Below are positions 7,676 to 17,363 of a stretch of 64,000 bases of DNA, piece after piece. This DNA comes from a virus (lineage: Duplodnaviria > Caudoviricetes): positions 1 through 64,000 of the IMG/VR virus record IMGVR_UViG_3300017780_003104. One strand, 5' to 3'. The notes under the pieces were generated by a model that saw only the letters and a list, made by a program, of their open reading frames with translations, searched no databases and was not told the DNA's origin. Positions within the stretch are counted from its first letter, which is position 1. Every line of letters starts with the position of its first letter. Position numbers and translations under genes: made by a program.

Positions 7676-10534
7676 TTAGATGATGATCCAATTGGAATTT
7701 GTGGATTGGATTGTTATGGATTGGTATTGCATAGTCAAAAGTGCGGTGTTTCCCCCATCAATAGTTTCCGAATAATTACCACTCAGGGTTATGACCCCAG
7801 TTCCAGTATTTTTGATGTTATAAATTCTGCCTAATATTCCATTGGCGGATGGTAGCGTTACTGTATATGAACTCAATAAACAATTTATAGTATAATCTGA
7901 ATTGGTGATTGTATACCTATCGGAAATCTCCTTATAGGGTTTTGAGAGGTGAACTTCATTAGTTAGTGGTCCTCCATATGGGGCAATAACCACAGCTTTC
8001 GCACCACCAAGAACCGGGGAAGTAAACGTGATGACATCATTACTGATGGTGTAATCAACTGTAGGTTCTTGTATAGCACCATCAATAGATACTATTAAAG
8101 CATTTGGATTAGTTAAATTATCAGCCCCACTTATATTGAATACCGTAGTGACACCATTACCAGCAAGTGTTGTCTTCACTGGATCTGTTACTCTTGCCGT
8201 GAAGTCAAAATATCCCGCATCATTATCCCATACTGGAATTTGACCACTCGTTGTTAATGCGGTCCCATTAACATCTGAAAGTTCCTCAAGCGTTTTGTGG
8301 TGCTCTATGGAAATAAATATTGAACCAACACCCGGACCACCCAGTACCCCAACATGTCCAATCACATCGGAATCATGAGGTGCGGTAGGCTCGATGTTCG
8401 TGAGTTGTCCAGCAATAGTTTTTGAGACATATAAAGTATCACCCTCACTCCAAGTGGTCCCCCAATTTCCCGAACCAGAATAATTCGTTTTGATTTGGCG
8501 AACATATCCAAAGGTTGTGATGAATCCATCACTATTATCACTTATATCTTCAGTTGTTACACCGACCACAACCGAAGTCGCGTGATTGTTGGATTGCGCT
8601 TTATGTATTAGTGGGCGATTTCCAGCCCTACCATTAAAATATACGGGTATTCCGTTGAGTATCGCAGAGCCTGTGGTGTTCCGAACTCTGATAAATAGTT
8701 CTTGTCCCATTTGCTGGGTTGCTCCATCATGAACAAGGTTGACGGTTCCATCAGTAGAATTCCAATACATACCGCCAGTCGGCTCCGACCCAGTTGGAAT
8801 ATACGAAGTGTTGAATTGGACATGGGGGGTATAAATTGTGCTGTTGTAAACAGATAATGCTCCATACATCGTCCCACCAGATAAAGGGAGATATGCACCA
8901 CCGTTACTTCCCCAATAACCACTTTGAGATTGAACAGTAGTATAAGTAGAATCCCAATTACCACTTAATGCTTTTAAGTCTAAACCTTGATAATCCCAAT
9001 CACCACTTTGAGATTGAACGGTAGTGTAAGTAGAATCCCAATTAGCACTTGATGCTCTAACCTTTGTAGAAACAGCTACATCATCACCTCCACCGTTACC
9101 CGCAGGTAATCCTAGATATTGTGATGCTGAGATAGCACCAACAATAGTTAAATTTCCATTCATGGTTCCACCATCCGCAAATTGCATAGCTACGGAACCA
9201 CCACCAGAATATACTGAGATATATTTTCTTAAGCGTGTAACTTCACTATCTACACGATCTTTAATCTTCTTATCGTAATCCTTCTCAAAGGAATCGAAAT
9301 CTTTAACTTCTCTTTTACCTTTGGATTCGATTACATACTCTATCGGCTTCTCATTTTGAATTTTTCGAATCTCTAGTATTAGATTATTTTTAGATTCTGA
9401 AATAAGTTCCATCAATGATGTTCGGACATTTTCAGTAAGATCAAAAGTCTTACCTTCTAACATTTTTAATTTTTCAGAATAATAATTTTCAATAGTCTTT
9501 TCAGATTTGATTATTTTATTATCGACTTCTTCTGATAAGGCTATAGTCAATTCATCAACTTTAGTTGATATATTACCAACTCTTGAGAGAGCTTTATTCA
9601 CTCCTCTATTGATCTTGTCATTGAGTTCGATATTAACTAAAGCTATGGAATTCAATTCCCCTTCGACATTTTCAATTAAAACTTTATCGGCTTTATTTGA
9701 AAGCTTTTCCTCTAAATTCTTTTCAATTGAATCGACTTTCTCCACAATATCTGTGGCGATACTTTTCAATTCTTCGTCTATTTTTGGCTGTAAAGCAGTA
9801 TGAGATTCTTTTACAAGTTCTCTTATAGTCTTATCAAATACTTCGGATGATTTAGTGAAGTCTTCTTGTAAAGAATCCCATAAAGTATTACTAAGATCTG
9901 AAATCTTATTATCTATGGTTTCATTAATTTCACCGAATCTATTATCATTTTCAGATATAAGGTCACTCTTAATCTTATTCGAAATACTTACAAACTCATT
10001 TACTAAATTACATCTAGCATCATTTAAAGTTTTCTTGAGAGCCTTATCCTTCTTGGATGATTCTTCATGTAAGGTTTTTGAATTTTTTTCTTGTATCCTT
10101 TTTAATTCTCTTCTTGCCTGTTGTTTGGCCTTTTCAATTTGTTCAAGAATTTGAGTATTTTTATACTCAGGAATTGCTACAACATATTCCTCCACAATAT
10201 CTTGCGGGTATGTGATTTTTTCTTCAATTATCACTTCATCAAGTGATAAATGTTCTGAATTTAGATTGTCATCGGTATTTTTTTTATTAAACAATACCTC
10301 AAATTTCCCCTTCGATAAAACAAAGGGGTAGTAGCTCTTAACCCCCTCAACTACAACTGGAACAGACACCACTGGATTACCGTTTTGTTCGGAAATCTTT
10401 TCTACTGGATATTTGTTTTTGTTTATCTCTATCTCATAAACACCGAAAAAAATCTCTTCGAAATTTTCAACTTGTAAGATGTTAAGTGAAGAGTTAGTTG
10501 AGGTGAAATTCACCTTTTCGCTAAACAATCTCAT
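7676..10534 (-). CDS. Large virion structural/tail-fibre-like protein (N-terminal coiled coil, C-terminal fibre modules)
   Basis: ~440 aa acidic coiled coil, then SGGGSVAMQFADGGTMNGNLTI, WDSTYTTVQ repeats, GNGVTTVF..VSIDGAIQEP.VDYT module and C-terminal TVTLP..G..YNIKN..ETIDG module. Confidence 0.75.
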   Translation of the reverse strand: MRLFSEKVNFTSTNSSLNILQVENFEEIFFGVYEIEINKNKYPVEKISEQNGNPVVSVPVVVEGVKSYYPFVLSKGKFEVLFNKKNTDDNLNSEHLSLDEVIIEEKITYPQDIVEEYVVAIPEYKNTQILEQIEKAKQQARRELKRIQEKNSKTLHEESSKKDKALKKTLNDARCNLVNEFVSISNKIKSDLISENDNRFGEINETIDNKISDLSNTLWDSLQEDFTKSSEVFDKTIRELVKESHTALQPKIDEELKSIATDIVEKVDSIEKNLEEKLSNKADKVLIENVEGELNSIALVNIELNDKINRGVNKALSRVGNISTKVDELTIALSEEVDNKIIKSEKTIENYYSEKLKMLEGKTFDLTENVRTSLMELISESKNNLILEIRKIQNEKPIEYVIESKGKREVKDFDSFEKDYDKKIKDRVDSEVTRLRKYISVYSGGGSVAMQFADGGTMNGNLTIVGAISASQYLGLPAGNGGGDDVAVSTKVRASSANWDSTYTTVQSQSGDWDYQGLDLKALSGNWDSTYTTVQSQSGYWGSNGGAYLPLSGGTMYGALSVYNSTIYTPHVQFNTSYIPTGSEPTGGMYWNSTDGTVNLVHDGATQQMGQELFIRVRNTTGSAILNGIPVYFNGRAGNRPLIHKAQSNNHATSVVVGVTTEDISDNSDGFITTFGYVRQIKTNYSGSGNWGTTWSEGDTLYVSKTIAGQLTNIEPTAPHDSDVIGHVGVLGGPGVGSIFISIEHHKTLEELSDVNGTALTTSGQIPVWDNDAGYFDFTARVTDPVKTTLAGNGVTTVFNISGADNLTNPNALIVSIDGAIQEPTVDYTISNDVITFTSPVLGGAKAVVIAPYGGPLTNEVHLSKPYKEISDRYTITNSDYTINCLLSSYTVTLPSANGILGRIYNIKNTGTGVITLSGNYSETIDGGNTALLTMQYQSITIQSTNSNWIII
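8919..9044. repeat. 42-bp direct repeat (8919-8960 and 9003-9044) encoding NWDSTYTTVQSQSG twice
   Basis: Two copies 84 nt apart with 2 mismatches. Confidence 0.9.
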
Positions 10535-10541
10535 TCAATTA

Positions 10542-10548
10542 TATTTAG
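10542..10548 (-). promoter_or_regulatory. Late promoter CTAAATA (952-aa fibre gene)
   Basis: 7 nt before ATG 10534. Confidence 0.7.
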
Positions 10549-10551
10549 TGT

Positions 10552-11061
10552 TTAGGGTAATATTGTCAAAGTGAATTTTAGGCTATTATCAGTTTTAGAT
10601 GGATATTTAGTTCCGACTCTAACTCCAGAATAGTATAAATCACGTAATATGAAATCATTTTTATATAATATACTTTTAAAAATATTATCAATTTCATCTC
10701 TCGATATTGGAAAATGTTTTGTTTGGTGAAATTGTAATAGTGCATCATGGACTAATGATGCTAATCGGGTGTCTTCAAAATCTGGGGTACCCCACCATAC
10801 ACCCCACCATCTCTTTGGAGTACAACCATCCCAAGTATAATCTTTAGATATTATAATAGAATATTGAGTTATCTTCAACCAAACCTTACCATTTTTATCT
10901 GAAAAAATAATTAAACAATTTCTAGAAATGAATGGAGTTGTGAAAAATAGTTCTATATCCTGTAAGGTTTTAAACCTATATGTATACCCACCATCAAGTG
11001 GGACCAATTCTTTATATTGGACATTTTTATCAAATGTTGGTAATACGTCTAGATTGTTCAT
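10552..11061 (-). CDS. DUF1353-like protein
   Basis: YTWDGCTP...ASLVHDALLQ...EIDNIF motifs characteristic of DUF1353. Confidence 0.7.
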   Translation of the reverse strand: MNNLDVLPTFDKNVQYKELVPLDGGYTYRFKTLQDIELFFTTPFISRNCLIIFSDKNGKVWLKITQYSIIISKDYTWDGCTPKRWWGVWWGTPDFEDTRLASLVHDALLQFHQTKHFPISRDEIDNIFKSILYKNDFILRDLYYSGVRVGTKYPSKTDNSLKFTLTILP

Positions 11062-11062
11062 A

Positions 11063-12214
11063 TTATCTTACAAACATTTGAATAGGATCATAACTACCAA
11101 AACCACCAGATCCTTCCATGAGCATGGTTTCTAAGCGTTCTTTATCAGCATTACCTTCAGCTAATACTGCATCCCCATTGAGAGTTCCACCACCCAATAG
11201 GGTAGTTCCAGTTATTTTAGTAAGAATTCTACCCCACATTATCTTAGACAATGCTGTGGCATATTCCAATACCCATTTCTCCTTTATAATATCCCTCAGA
11301 GGTCTTTCAACATAACATTCTAAAACTCCAACAAAACTTGATGTCTCCTTGGGTTGTGGATAAAATCTTAAATATTGGGTTCTATTATCGAAATGTATAT
11401 CTCTCCTGATGGCTAATAATTTTTCACGGGTATCTTGCCAATCTTTAACAACATGCCAAGATAATAAATCAAACCCAAAGTTACCCATAGCATAACTATA
11501 AAATGTTTGTTGCGCCAATGTTTGCTCCATTGAAAATAAACTCGTTATACCACTACTAGATCCTTCTTCAAAGTCTACAACATCTATAACTTTTCTATAA
11601 TCCATAATATCATAATCGAACATGTTATTAATTTTATTAACATTTTCAACTTGCTCGCATTGCATAGTAAATGGTTTCATAGGGGAAATGCGAAACAATC
11701 CACTCAAAGATACATCAAATGCTGTTAATTGAGTAAAAGAGTTCTCATCTAAAATCTGCAATGTAGATATCCCATCCGATGGTATTGACGCAGATAATGC
11801 ACTTGAACTTAAAAAATAGTTATATGGTATATCTGACAACGATACGTATAAATTTTCTCTAAATTTTAGTTCAAAATCTGGATTTGGAACCGTTGAAGTA
11901 TTTAATTTTTGAGATAGTGTAAACCCTGTATGAGCGGCAGTATATAAATAATCTAATCTAATTCCTCTATCTCTTTCATATATATCAGATGAAAATATTA
12001 GATTCTCCTTTGTATATCCAGCATACTTGGTGAAAAATTCACATGACATGGATATGGCATCATATAATTGATCTGGGTGAATCTCAACATTAATCATAGG
12101 ATGACCCAACATCCTAAGAATTCTTTGTCCCAATTCTTGAAAGCATTCAATTTTGGAATTTAAATTAGTGGACATAAACGCCGATACTGGCGTTATTGTG
12201 CAAAGGTCTGACAT
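11063..12214 (-). CDS. gp13: Neck protein (gp13-like)
   Basis: ILRMLGHPMINVEI..DQLYDAI; WVLEYATALSKIMWGRILTK; TLLGGGTLNGD; ERLE. Confidence 0.92.
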   Translation of the reverse strand: MSDLCTITPVSAFMSTNLNSKIECFQELGQRILRMLGHPMINVEIHPDQLYDAISMSCEFFTKYAGYTKENLIFSSDIYERDRGIRLDYLYTAAHTGFTLSQKLNTSTVPNPDFELKFRENLYVSLSDIPYNYFLSSSALSASIPSDGISTLQILDENSFTQLTAFDVSLSGLFRISPMKPFTMQCEQVENVNKINNMFDYDIMDYRKVIDVVDFEEGSSSGITSLFSMEQTLAQQTFYSYAMGNFGFDLLSWHVVKDWQDTREKLLAIRRDIHFDNRTQYLRFYPQPKETSSFVGVLECYVERPLRDIIKEKWVLEYATALSKIMWGRILTKITGTTLLGGGTLNGDAVLAEGNADKERLETMLMEGSGGFGSYDPIQMFVR

Positions 12215-12219
12215 AATTA

Positions 12220-12237
12220 TATTTAGTTCATTAAATA
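12220..12237. promoter_or_regulatory. Back-to-back divergent late promoters CTAAATA(-) and TTAAATA(+)
   Basis: Each 5 nt before ATG 12214(-) and 12243(+). Confidence 0.8.
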
Positions 12238-12242
12238 ATAAT

Positions 12243-12638
12243 ATGCCATTTGAAAGTAATACTGGATCTATATATTATGAATTATCTTGTGGAATTCCAT
12301 CAGATGTGGGTGTTGATATAGATTCGAATGTGTTCACCGGATATTATCACCTATCCGCAAATGATTTTATACTATGGGGTCAAAGCACTCACTACGTTCA
12401 CATATCATCAAATAAAGGTAGCTCTCCATATTATTTGGAATGTGATGTCCCCAGTGATGCTGGATTAAACTTACAATCAAATGCTGGAACCCATTATTAT
12501 TACAATTCAGCCTTTAACTGTGTGAGCTTCTGTGACCCAGTATATAGAAACTTACAAGATGTTATGTATATACTGCTTCTAAATGGGGATGTCTTATATT
12601 ACGATGGAAATTTACTGACATGGACGCCAGTTGTATGA
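12243..12638 (+). CDS. Hypothetical late protein with internal duplication
   Basis: Start at ATG 12243, 5 nt after TTAAATA; SNTGSIYYELSCGIPSDVG vs SNKGSSPYYLECDVPSDAG duplication. Confidence 0.65.
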   Translation: MPFESNTGSIYYELSCGIPSDVGVDIDSNVFTGYYHLSANDFILWGQSTHYVHISSNKGSSPYYLECDVPSDAGLNLQSNAGTHYYYNSAFNCVSFCDPVYRNLQDVMYILLLNGDVLYYDGNLLTWTPVV

Positions 12639-12646
12639 ACGAATAA

Positions 12647-12653
12647 CTAAATA
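12647..12653 (+). promoter_or_regulatory. Late promoter CTAAATA (LRR gene)
   Basis: 5 nt before ATG 12659. Confidence 0.8.
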
Positions 12654-12658
12654 AACAT

Positions 12659-13762
12659 ATGGCAAACCTTGAAATTACAACATCATCTCAAACCGTAAAC
12701 AACCAGATTTTATCTAGCTTAATCGGACCTAATGGCGGAATCGAAACTATGTTAACTTCTACTGAGAGAAGAACACTATCATCATATAATGATGGTGTGG
12801 GGGTAGGGTTTACTAGAGTTATTCAAACAGATCTACCGGGAATTATATGGAATTTGGTTTCATCTGATGTAACATTAGATGCATCGTGGATAGGACTTCC
12901 ATACACTGTTGATCCAGATGGTGATGTTATTGTCAGTATGCAGCTTGCCGACTTTACAGGAACAGTTCCAGATGCGAATGTTCTCGGGGTCGCTAACGGA
13001 ACACTTAGACTTGGAGACGGCAGAACCGCCAATGGGAACAGCGTGGTTAGTCAGCCGCCATCGACGCTGACGCTTATCGCGGATGCTTCAAATGTGGTGA
13101 CGGGGTATCCTGATACCGCTATCGCTGCTAACTGGAGGCTAAATCAAACCACGCTCAAAGGGTTATCTCTTGGCTCGGGGGTGATTACGATAGGAGCTAA
13201 TGCGTTCTCGGGATGCACAGGACTTACTGGCGATTTGGTCATACCTGACAGCGTAACGACTATTGGAACTAATGCATTTTACCAATGCACAGGGATCACT
13301 GGACGCCTAATTCTAGGAAAATCAGTCACTACGATTGAATACGCTGCGTTCCAGTATAATAACTGGACTGGACCACTGATCTTACCAGACTCTTTGACAG
13401 TGATAAATGGGGCAGTATTCAATAACTGCGCTGGGTTCACTGGCGATCTTGTCATCCCCCCAAATTTCACTTCGTTTGGTGCAGGCAAGACGTTCCAAAA
13501 CTGCACTGGTTTTAATGGATCTCTCTACCTACCAGCCTCGCTGACCACCGCGCTAGTGGTAAAAGCCAATACCTTTGGTGGATGCACTGGATTTACTAGG
13601 ATCTATGCCGCTTGCAACGCGAGTGCAATAACCACTGGAGCATTCACAACCCTTACGGGCGTCTCAACGATCTACTATAAGGAAGGCACTACTGGTTGGG
13701 GAGCGTCCTTTGATGGTAAAACTACCGCTGTTTGGACAAGCTGGCCCGATCCAATGCCATGA
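12659..13762 (+). CDS. BspA-type leucine-rich repeat (LRR_5) protein
   Basis: Repeats of LVIPDSVTTIGTNAFYQCTGITG / SGVITIGANAFSGCTGLTG. Confidence 0.92.
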   Translation: MANLEITTSSQTVNNQILSSLIGPNGGIETMLTSTERRTLSSYNDGVGVGFTRVIQTDLPGIIWNLVSSDVTLDASWIGLPYTVDPDGDVIVSMQLADFTGTVPDANVLGVANGTLRLGDGRTANGNSVVSQPPSTLTLIADASNVVTGYPDTAIAANWRLNQTTLKGLSLGSGVITIGANAFSGCTGLTGDLVIPDSVTTIGTNAFYQCTGITGRLILGKSVTTIEYAAFQYNNWTGPLILPDSLTVINGAVFNNCAGFTGDLVIPPNFTSFGAGKTFQNCTGFNGSLYLPASLTTALVVKANTFGGCTGFTRIYAACNASAITTGAFTTLTGVSTIYYKEGTTGWGASFDGKTTAVWTSWPDPMP

Positions 13763-14304
13763 GTTTAATTTCTCTCAAGACTGACACAATCAAGCATTCC
13801 TGTGGGGAGTGTATATTGTGCTGCGTCTATCCTGAAATCAGTGATCCATTGATAGGGGGCAAACCTTTTGGAACTATGTGTAAAAATTGCACTGGAAATA
13901 GCTGTGCCATTTATACAACTCGCCCGCAGGTTTGCCGCAACTTTGAGTGCCTTTGGAGATTTGGGCTAGTCAAGACCTCACCACTTGAATCAAAAGTAGT
14001 TTGGGGTATGGATTGGGACGAAAAGAATCAAGAAGTGATAGTGTTTGCTCAATGCGAAGATGCTGGAGCATTTGTTTCTAGTATACCTCTATTAATGGAG
14101 TCGAATAGATTTTTGTCTTCTGATATTAACGGCAAAAGGGTAGGCTCAGTAGTCGTCAGATCGTCTTCCCTTGTCGCTGAATTACGCCGACTTGATGACT
14201 TCAAAGTTGGGCTTAGTTTATGTCAGGTTTTAAATGGAATACCCCAAACACAAGTTGTCAAGTCTGAGGTATTTATGCAACGTCAAACTAGTGAAAATTT
14301 ATGA
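13759..14304 (+). CDS. YkgJ-like CxxCxxCC cysteine-cluster (Zn/Fe-chelating) protein
   Basis: CGECILCC...CKNC...CAIYTTRPQVCRNFECLW; ATGA overlap with LRR stop. Confidence 0.85.
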   Translation: MSLISLKTDTIKHSCGECILCCVYPEISDPLIGGKPFGTMCKNCTGNSCAIYTTRPQVCRNFECLWRFGLVKTSPLESKVVWGMDWDEKNQEVIVFAQCEDAGAFVSSIPLLMESNRFLSSDINGKRVGSVVVRSSSLVAELRRLDDFKVGLSLCQVLNGIPQTQVVKSEVFMQRQTSENL

Positions 14305-15524
14305 GACTTAAAGGAGCAGGAAATTTAGTTGTTCGATCAATTCAGTTGAACGATACAGATACATCGCTAACTCATGCTATTGAGGTAGTCGTAGTCTCTG
14401 GTGGGGTGTCATCCTATGATACAATATCAGATGGTTATTATGAAATTTTCACGGGGACGACATACTATAACGGTGGTGACATTCTTGTGGAAGGAATGGG
14501 TAATTTTGAGATTTTAAATTTAACCCCAAACGTTGCGACGGTTTCCACAATCGGAGAAATTACACGACACACAAGCGGGATTTTAAATGTTGTAGTTAAA
14601 AATAATTTCATCAGTATTCCACTATCTATTAATTTAACCGACAAAAACGACGGATCATCTACCCCTAGAAGTTTAATATCTACAGTTGTTGGATCTCTAG
14701 CAGAACATTGCCAAGGACAAATTGACAGTAGGATAGACAATACTATGACTAAAGGAGTAAACGGTCTTGTCTATTCCACTCAAAATCACACCACCTCGAC
14801 ATACACTCGCAATTCCTCCCTTTGGTGTTCAGATGTGAACCTTACATGCATTAGCCCGTGGAACAGTAATGAAGCGAACAAAAAAGCAGGAACTCTAGTT
14901 ACCCCTCGTCATATCCTTGGTGCAGCACATTATGAGGTAAATGTTAATAATATTATCCGATTTGTGGAAACGGGAGGAACCGTTCATACCAGAACAATAG
15001 TTGGGAAGAGAACACACCCCAATTATACCCCATATTCTCCAGATTTAACTATTTACACTTTGGATTCTGACCTTCCTCCAGAGATAACTCCTTGTAAGGT
15101 TATGCCTTCTGATTGGGCTGATTATTTAGTGAATAACCCCGACACTCGCCCACCCGCATTAGGATTAGACCAAGAAGAAAAGGCATTGATAATGGACTTT
15201 TATGGGGTGGGGACCGGGGCCAATTTTCAATACCCAATAGATTCTGATCGTCTTATATTTTCAGAAGAGCTTGTGGGTGGAGATTCTGGAAACCCTGCAT
15301 TTTTTATAATAGGGGGAGAGTTAGTTCTGATAACCGTATGGACTTTTGGTGGAGAAGGGTCGGGAACATACGTTTCGCGCTTTTTAAATGATCTAAACCA
15401 AATGATAGTTGATTCTGATGCTCAGTATGGAATATCAACAATAGGCAATGTTACTTGGCCAAATGCTGGTGGTCACTATCAACTCAAGATTGCTGATCTT
15501 TCAACATTCCCTAATTATTCTTAA
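14301..15524 (+). CDS. Trypsin-like serine protease with N-terminal Ig-like domain
   Basis: Catalytic triad context GTLVTPRHILGAAH (His), PDL (Asp), GGDSGNP (Ser); NVATVSTIGEIT Big_2-like segment. Confidence 0.8.
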   Translation: MRLKGAGNLVVRSIQLNDTDTSLTHAIEVVVVSGGVSSYDTISDGYYEIFTGTTYYNGGDILVEGMGNFEILNLTPNVATVSTIGEITRHTSGILNVVVKNNFISIPLSINLTDKNDGSSTPRSLISTVVGSLAEHCQGQIDSRIDNTMTKGVNGLVYSTQNHTTSTYTRNSSLWCSDVNLTCISPWNSNEANKKAGTLVTPRHILGAAHYEVNVNNIIRFVETGGTVHTRTIVGKRTHPNYTPYSPDLTIYTLDSDLPPEITPCKVMPSDWADYLVNNPDTRPPALGLDQEEKALIMDFYGVGTGANFQYPIDSDRLIFSEELVGGDSGNPAFFIIGGELVLITVWTFGGEGSGTYVSRFLNDLNQMIVDSDAQYGISTIGNVTWPNAGGHYQLKIADLSTFPNYS

Positions 15525-15527
15525 TAA

Positions 15528-17342
15528 TTAAGCTGGAGGTTCTTCTGGGACCATAGGTGCTTCTGGCGCGACACCAGCATTAGGTGGGAGGGTTTCATCG
15601 CCACCAATTGCAGCTTCGCCACCTCCAAATGCTGGAGGCATTCCACCAGAACCACCCATTCCACCAGCACCACCTAAATCACCACCAGCTTCAGGCATAC
15701 CTTGAGCTTGTTGTAATAACTGTTCCTTCCAGTTTGGTCCAAGTGCCATGATCTGTTGAAGTTCCCATTCTAGTTCTGCATCTTTTCGTCTAAGTTCCCT
15801 ATCTGAAAGTATATCCTTATCTTTCCATCCTAAAACTTTCTTCTTAGCATATGTATCTGAAACCTTTTGAGTGGACATTAAATTGTTATAAGAATTGACC
15901 TTCAATTCCATTTTTTGATTATTACGTAAATCGTAGAAATTTGAAGGAGCATTGAATATAACATTGATGTGTTGTTCGGTTAAGTCATATTCTTCAAACA
16001 TTTTACGTAGTTTGAGATGTGTGATGAAACCTCTTTTTAGGCCGGATGCAAATTTCTTCTGCTGTCTCATGACCATAGTTGCAAATTTCAACTCCTCTCT
16101 AAGAATATCAGTCCCATCTCTAAATGAATCTTCTGGATCTAATCTTGAAGTTGGAACTTTAAGCGATCTATATAATTTTTTGATGAAGAACATTAAGTCA
16201 TTAAGCTCTCCAAGACCCGGAGTTCCACCAATTTCACTAACTGTAGTTGGCTCCTGTCCTTGTCTTTTAGCAAACCAATAAGAATCTAAAGTTGATTGTG
16301 GGCTATATTTTTTAACAATATCGCCTTGATCCGCATCAAAAGTCTTTGAAGACCAATATTGAGATTGTAATTTTCTAAGATATGCTTCTGCTTGAGGAAC
16401 AGGAAGTGTTCCAACATCAACATTAAATACAAATCTCAAAGGTGCGTGGACCATTCTATGAATAACAATTGCATCTTCAATCATTGATAACTGTCGATAT
16501 GCTCGTCTACAATTTTCAACAAATGGTATTATAAATTCTTTAGTCTCATTATATGATGCATTATTGATATAAACTACTTGATTTTGTTCCAGTGGAATTG
16601 GTTCATATCGTTCCACTTTTTTAGGATCATTTGGGTCAAAAATTGGTTTTTGATAAAGATACCCTTTAACCACCATATTTTGAATATTAGAAAATACTGG
16701 GTCTATTAAATCTGCTGGCATATTAACAATGCCCAATACACCTTCATTTGCATATTCTTCGTGGATGATTTGTTCGAAATATAATTCGCCTTCAATGAAA
16801 AATTGTCTAAAATATTGCCATCCATTATTGTGAAGATCATAATGTTCAATATACTTATACCATTCACTTTGGAGTTCATCCTTCTTATCTGACTCTAGAC
16901 TTGTATTCTTAAATTTTAAGATAACAATCTCATCATTTTCATCACAATTTATAGTCTCATCGCATATTTCATCCAGAGCGTCTGCAATTTCAGAAAATGC
17001 AGCCATAGTTCTATAATCTCTCAAGCGTCCCGGTTTATTCTCAGATGCACTTGCATACATTATATCCCCGAAAGATTTATCACGCTCAATGGCTGAAAAT
17101 GCAGTGTTGTTATATGGGTTATTAAGCGTTACGGAGTTCTTAGCAAGAGCTTCAGGTCTACGCATTCCAACCTTTTGGAAATATTTATACTTTGTATTTT
17201 TGGACTCATCTGTATCTAAAACACTATAATTATATGGGATACGATTTTTAAGATAGGTCTGCATGGACCTATCATACATTCCAGATTTACCATCTCTTGA
17301 TGTATTGCTCCGATTATTAGGATTATTCTGAATACCTGCCAT
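15528..17342 (-). CDS. gp20: Portal protein (gp20-like)
   Basis: YRTMAAFSEIADALDEI, QLSMIEDAIVIHRMVHAPLRFVFNVDVGTLP..AE.YL, YWFAKRQG..TTVSEIGG, FIKKLYRSLKVPTSRL. Confidence 0.97.
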   Translation of the reverse strand: MAGIQNNPNNRSNTSRDGKSGMYDRSMQTYLKNRIPYNYSVLDTDESKNTKYKYFQKVGMRRPEALAKNSVTLNNPYNNTAFSAIERDKSFGDIMYASASENKPGRLRDYRTMAAFSEIADALDEICDETINCDENDEIVILKFKNTSLESDKKDELQSEWYKYIEHYDLHNNGWQYFRQFFIEGELYFEQIIHEEYANEGVLGIVNMPADLIDPVFSNIQNMVVKGYLYQKPIFDPNDPKKVERYEPIPLEQNQVVYINNASYNETKEFIIPFVENCRRAYRQLSMIEDAIVIHRMVHAPLRFVFNVDVGTLPVPQAEAYLRKLQSQYWSSKTFDADQGDIVKKYSPQSTLDSYWFAKRQGQEPTTVSEIGGTPGLGELNDLMFFIKKLYRSLKVPTSRLDPEDSFRDGTDILREELKFATMVMRQQKKFASGLKRGFITHLKLRKMFEEYDLTEQHINVIFNAPSNFYDLRNNQKMELKVNSYNNLMSTQKVSDTYAKKKVLGWKDKDILSDRELRRKDAELEWELQQIMALGPNWKEQLLQQAQGMPEAGGDLGGAGGMGGSGGMPPAFGGGEAAIGGDETLPPNAGVAPEAPMVPEEPPA

Positions 17343-17347
17343 TTAAG

Positions 17348-17354
17348 TATTTAG
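17348..17354 (-). promoter_or_regulatory. Late promoter CTAAATA (portal)
   Basis: 5 nt before ATG 17342. Confidence 0.8.
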
Positions 17355-17363
17355 TATCAATTA

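Noticed and set aside
5826-15524. Diversity-generating retroelement acting on fibre or LRR genes
   Set aside because: No reverse transcriptase and no TR/VR pair with adenine-specific differences seen in the window
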